Virus record (IMG/VR): IMGVR_UViG_3300020374_000835 | Location: 1 to 25,570 of that record | Reading direction: 5' to 3' (one strand) | DNA from: a virus | Lineage: Duplodnaviria > Caudoviricetes | DNA: 25,570 nt | In this document: positions 24,460 to 25,570 of the stretch, one piece after another | Layout of the letters: every line of letters starts with the position of its first letter | Numbering within the stretch: position 1 is the first letter of the stretch | Translations under genes and position numbers: made by a program | The notes under the pieces: generated by a model | Database searches by the model: none | The model's input: only the letters and a program-made list of their open reading frames with translations | What the model was told of the DNA's origin: nothing

Positions 24460-25509
24460 TTATTCGTATTCCTCAGCTTGTTCAACATGGGCCACTTCTT
24501 GAAAATCGGACATTATCATATCTAATTTATCTCCTGTCCATGCTTTTCGAAACTCTATGTGCTCTTTACCTTTTGCATCTACATACTTCAATCTGTTTCC
24601 TGTCTGTACAAGTAAGCCCTTTTTCTCAAACAAGTCCACTAATCCACTGTATGGATCCATACCTGTGTCATATGGAATCTTTACCTGCACACCTTCAAAT
24701 GGTTTAGCATATCTTGTCTTCATAACTTTACAAGCGGCTCTTATTCCCCTTACATCTGAAACTTTGTTGCCTTTTTCGTCTTCTTTTAATTTTAGTTTCT
24801 TCATTGCAACAACAATACTTGAGGCATATATAAATCCTTGTCCTCCTGATATCTTGTCATCCGGATCGAACATGTCTTGTGATGCATAAGTGTGGTTGGT
24901 TGCTATGAGTCCCACATTCCAACTGCCAAACATGTTTACACAGTTTCTTACAAGTGCGGTCAAAGCCTTAGGTTTTCTCCCTAAGTCACCTTTCATCTCA
25001 CCTGCTTCGAACTGGTTTACGTCAGTTGGCGTTAGTAACATACCTAAGCTGTCTATAACAAATAATACTTTAGGTGCTCCTTCTTTGTTATCGGCGTGTT
25101 GATCTTTGTAACCTTTCATGAACTCTGAAACGGTTTTAGCCACGTCATCGACCATGGACATACTTAATTTCATTAGTTTATCTTCGGAAGTGTTGACATT
25201 AAGGGCTTGTAGCCACTGTTCATCTAATGCGTTTTCCGTATCAATGAGAATAACAAATATACCTTGGTCCTGAGCATTTTTTATAATGTTTCCTGATGCT
25301 ATGTAAGACTTTCCTGCACCTGATTCTCCTGCAAGTACAGTGACTTTGCCTAACGGAATACCTTTGTTGAAATCACTTGTCATCAAATAGTTCAATGCAT
25401 AATTTCCTGTTGATATCCAGTCAGTTGGATCACTAAACCCTATGCCCAGACCCTGGATTGATTTGGTAATACTTTTTCTAAACTTTGTTGCGTCAAATAC
25501 TTTAGTCAT
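24460..25509 (-). CDS. uvsX: RecA-like recombinase UvsX
   Basis: WISTGNYALN, Walker A GESGAGKS, IDTENALD, Walker B VIDSLG, ATNHTY, SGGQG and KTRY. Confidence 0.93.
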   Translation of the reverse strand: MTKVFDATKFRKSITKSIQGLGIGFSDPTDWISTGNYALNYLMTSDFNKGIPLGKVTVLAGESGAGKSYIASGNIIKNAQDQGIFVILIDTENALDEQWLQALNVNTSEDKLMKLSMSMVDDVAKTVSEFMKGYKDQHADNKEGAPKVLFVIDSLGMLLTPTDVNQFEAGEMKGDLGRKPKALTALVRNCVNMFGSWNVGLIATNHTYASQDMFDPDDKISGGQGFIYASSIVVAMKKLKLKEDEKGNKVSDVRGIRAACKVMKTRYAKPFEGVQVKIPYDTGMDPYSGLVDLFEKKGLLVQTGNRLKYVDAKGKEHIEFRKAWTGDKLDMIMSDFQEVAHVEQAEEYE

Positions 25510-25529
25510 AATTTATATCCTTGTAATCT

Positions 25530-25558
25530 ATATTAGCATACCTAGGCCCTAACGTCAA
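25530..25558 (-). promoter_or_regulatory. Sigma70-type promoter for the uvsX operon
   Basis: Minus strand reads TTGACG-N17-TAATAT with extended TG (TATGCTAATAT); AAGGA RBS follows. Confidence 0.65.
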
Positions 25559-25569
25559 TGCTAGGGCCT
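25544..25569. terminator. GC-rich hairpin (terminator-like or operator)
   Basis: AGGCCCTA (25544-25551) and TAGGGCCT (25562-25569) form a perfect 8-bp inverted repeat; any plus-strand U-tract would lie beyond the window edge. Confidence 0.45.
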
Positions 25570-25570
25570 T

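Noticed and set aside
885-25102. Many short opposite-strand or nested ORFs in the track (e.g. 885-1145, 1302-1717, 4585-4791, 9938-10372, 21054-21452, 24557-25102)
   Set aside because: They are shadows of well-supported genes, with no motifs or translation signals
1-25570. Stop-codon reassignment (as seen in some large phages)
   Set aside because: Genes are intact and tightly packed in the standard code; TAA, TAG and TGA all end genes
1-25570. CRISPR array, tRNA, rRNA, introns or transposases
   Set aside because: No spaced repeats or cloverleaf seen; the largest intergenic gap is about 145 nt; core genes are uninterrupted

Overview
This window is a gene-dense, AT-rich segment of a large T4-like (jumbo-type) dsDNA phage genome, not a cellular chromosome. 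Evidence: UvsX, UvsY, UvsW, a gp41-type helicase, a gp61-type primase, a gp62-type clamp-loader subunit, T4-type late promoters (TAAATA/TATAAATA), and pervasive TAATG/TGATG/ATGA gene overlaps. Most genes are on the minus strand. Two features stand out. (1) There are two different, strongly reduced family-C (DnaE/Pol III alpha) polymerase genes. One is a 564-aa enzyme lacking the PHP domain, next to endonuclease III. The other is a 196-aa catalytic half that begins at the PDVDIDF motif. (2) A 13-gene, ~10 kb glycan synthesis and tailoring island (13187-23169) sits between uvsY and uvsW. It holds four KpsC/KpsS-like paralogues, a Maf/DUF115-like transferase, GT-A, GT61 and GT8/CDI-like glycosyltransferases, a 2OG-Fe(II) oxygenase with a probable inactive paralogue, an SGNH protein and two FkbM methyltransferases. 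I also translated by hand three small ORFs and one partial gene missing from the ORF track, and revised several start codons. All family assignments come from motif recognition; no database searches were run.
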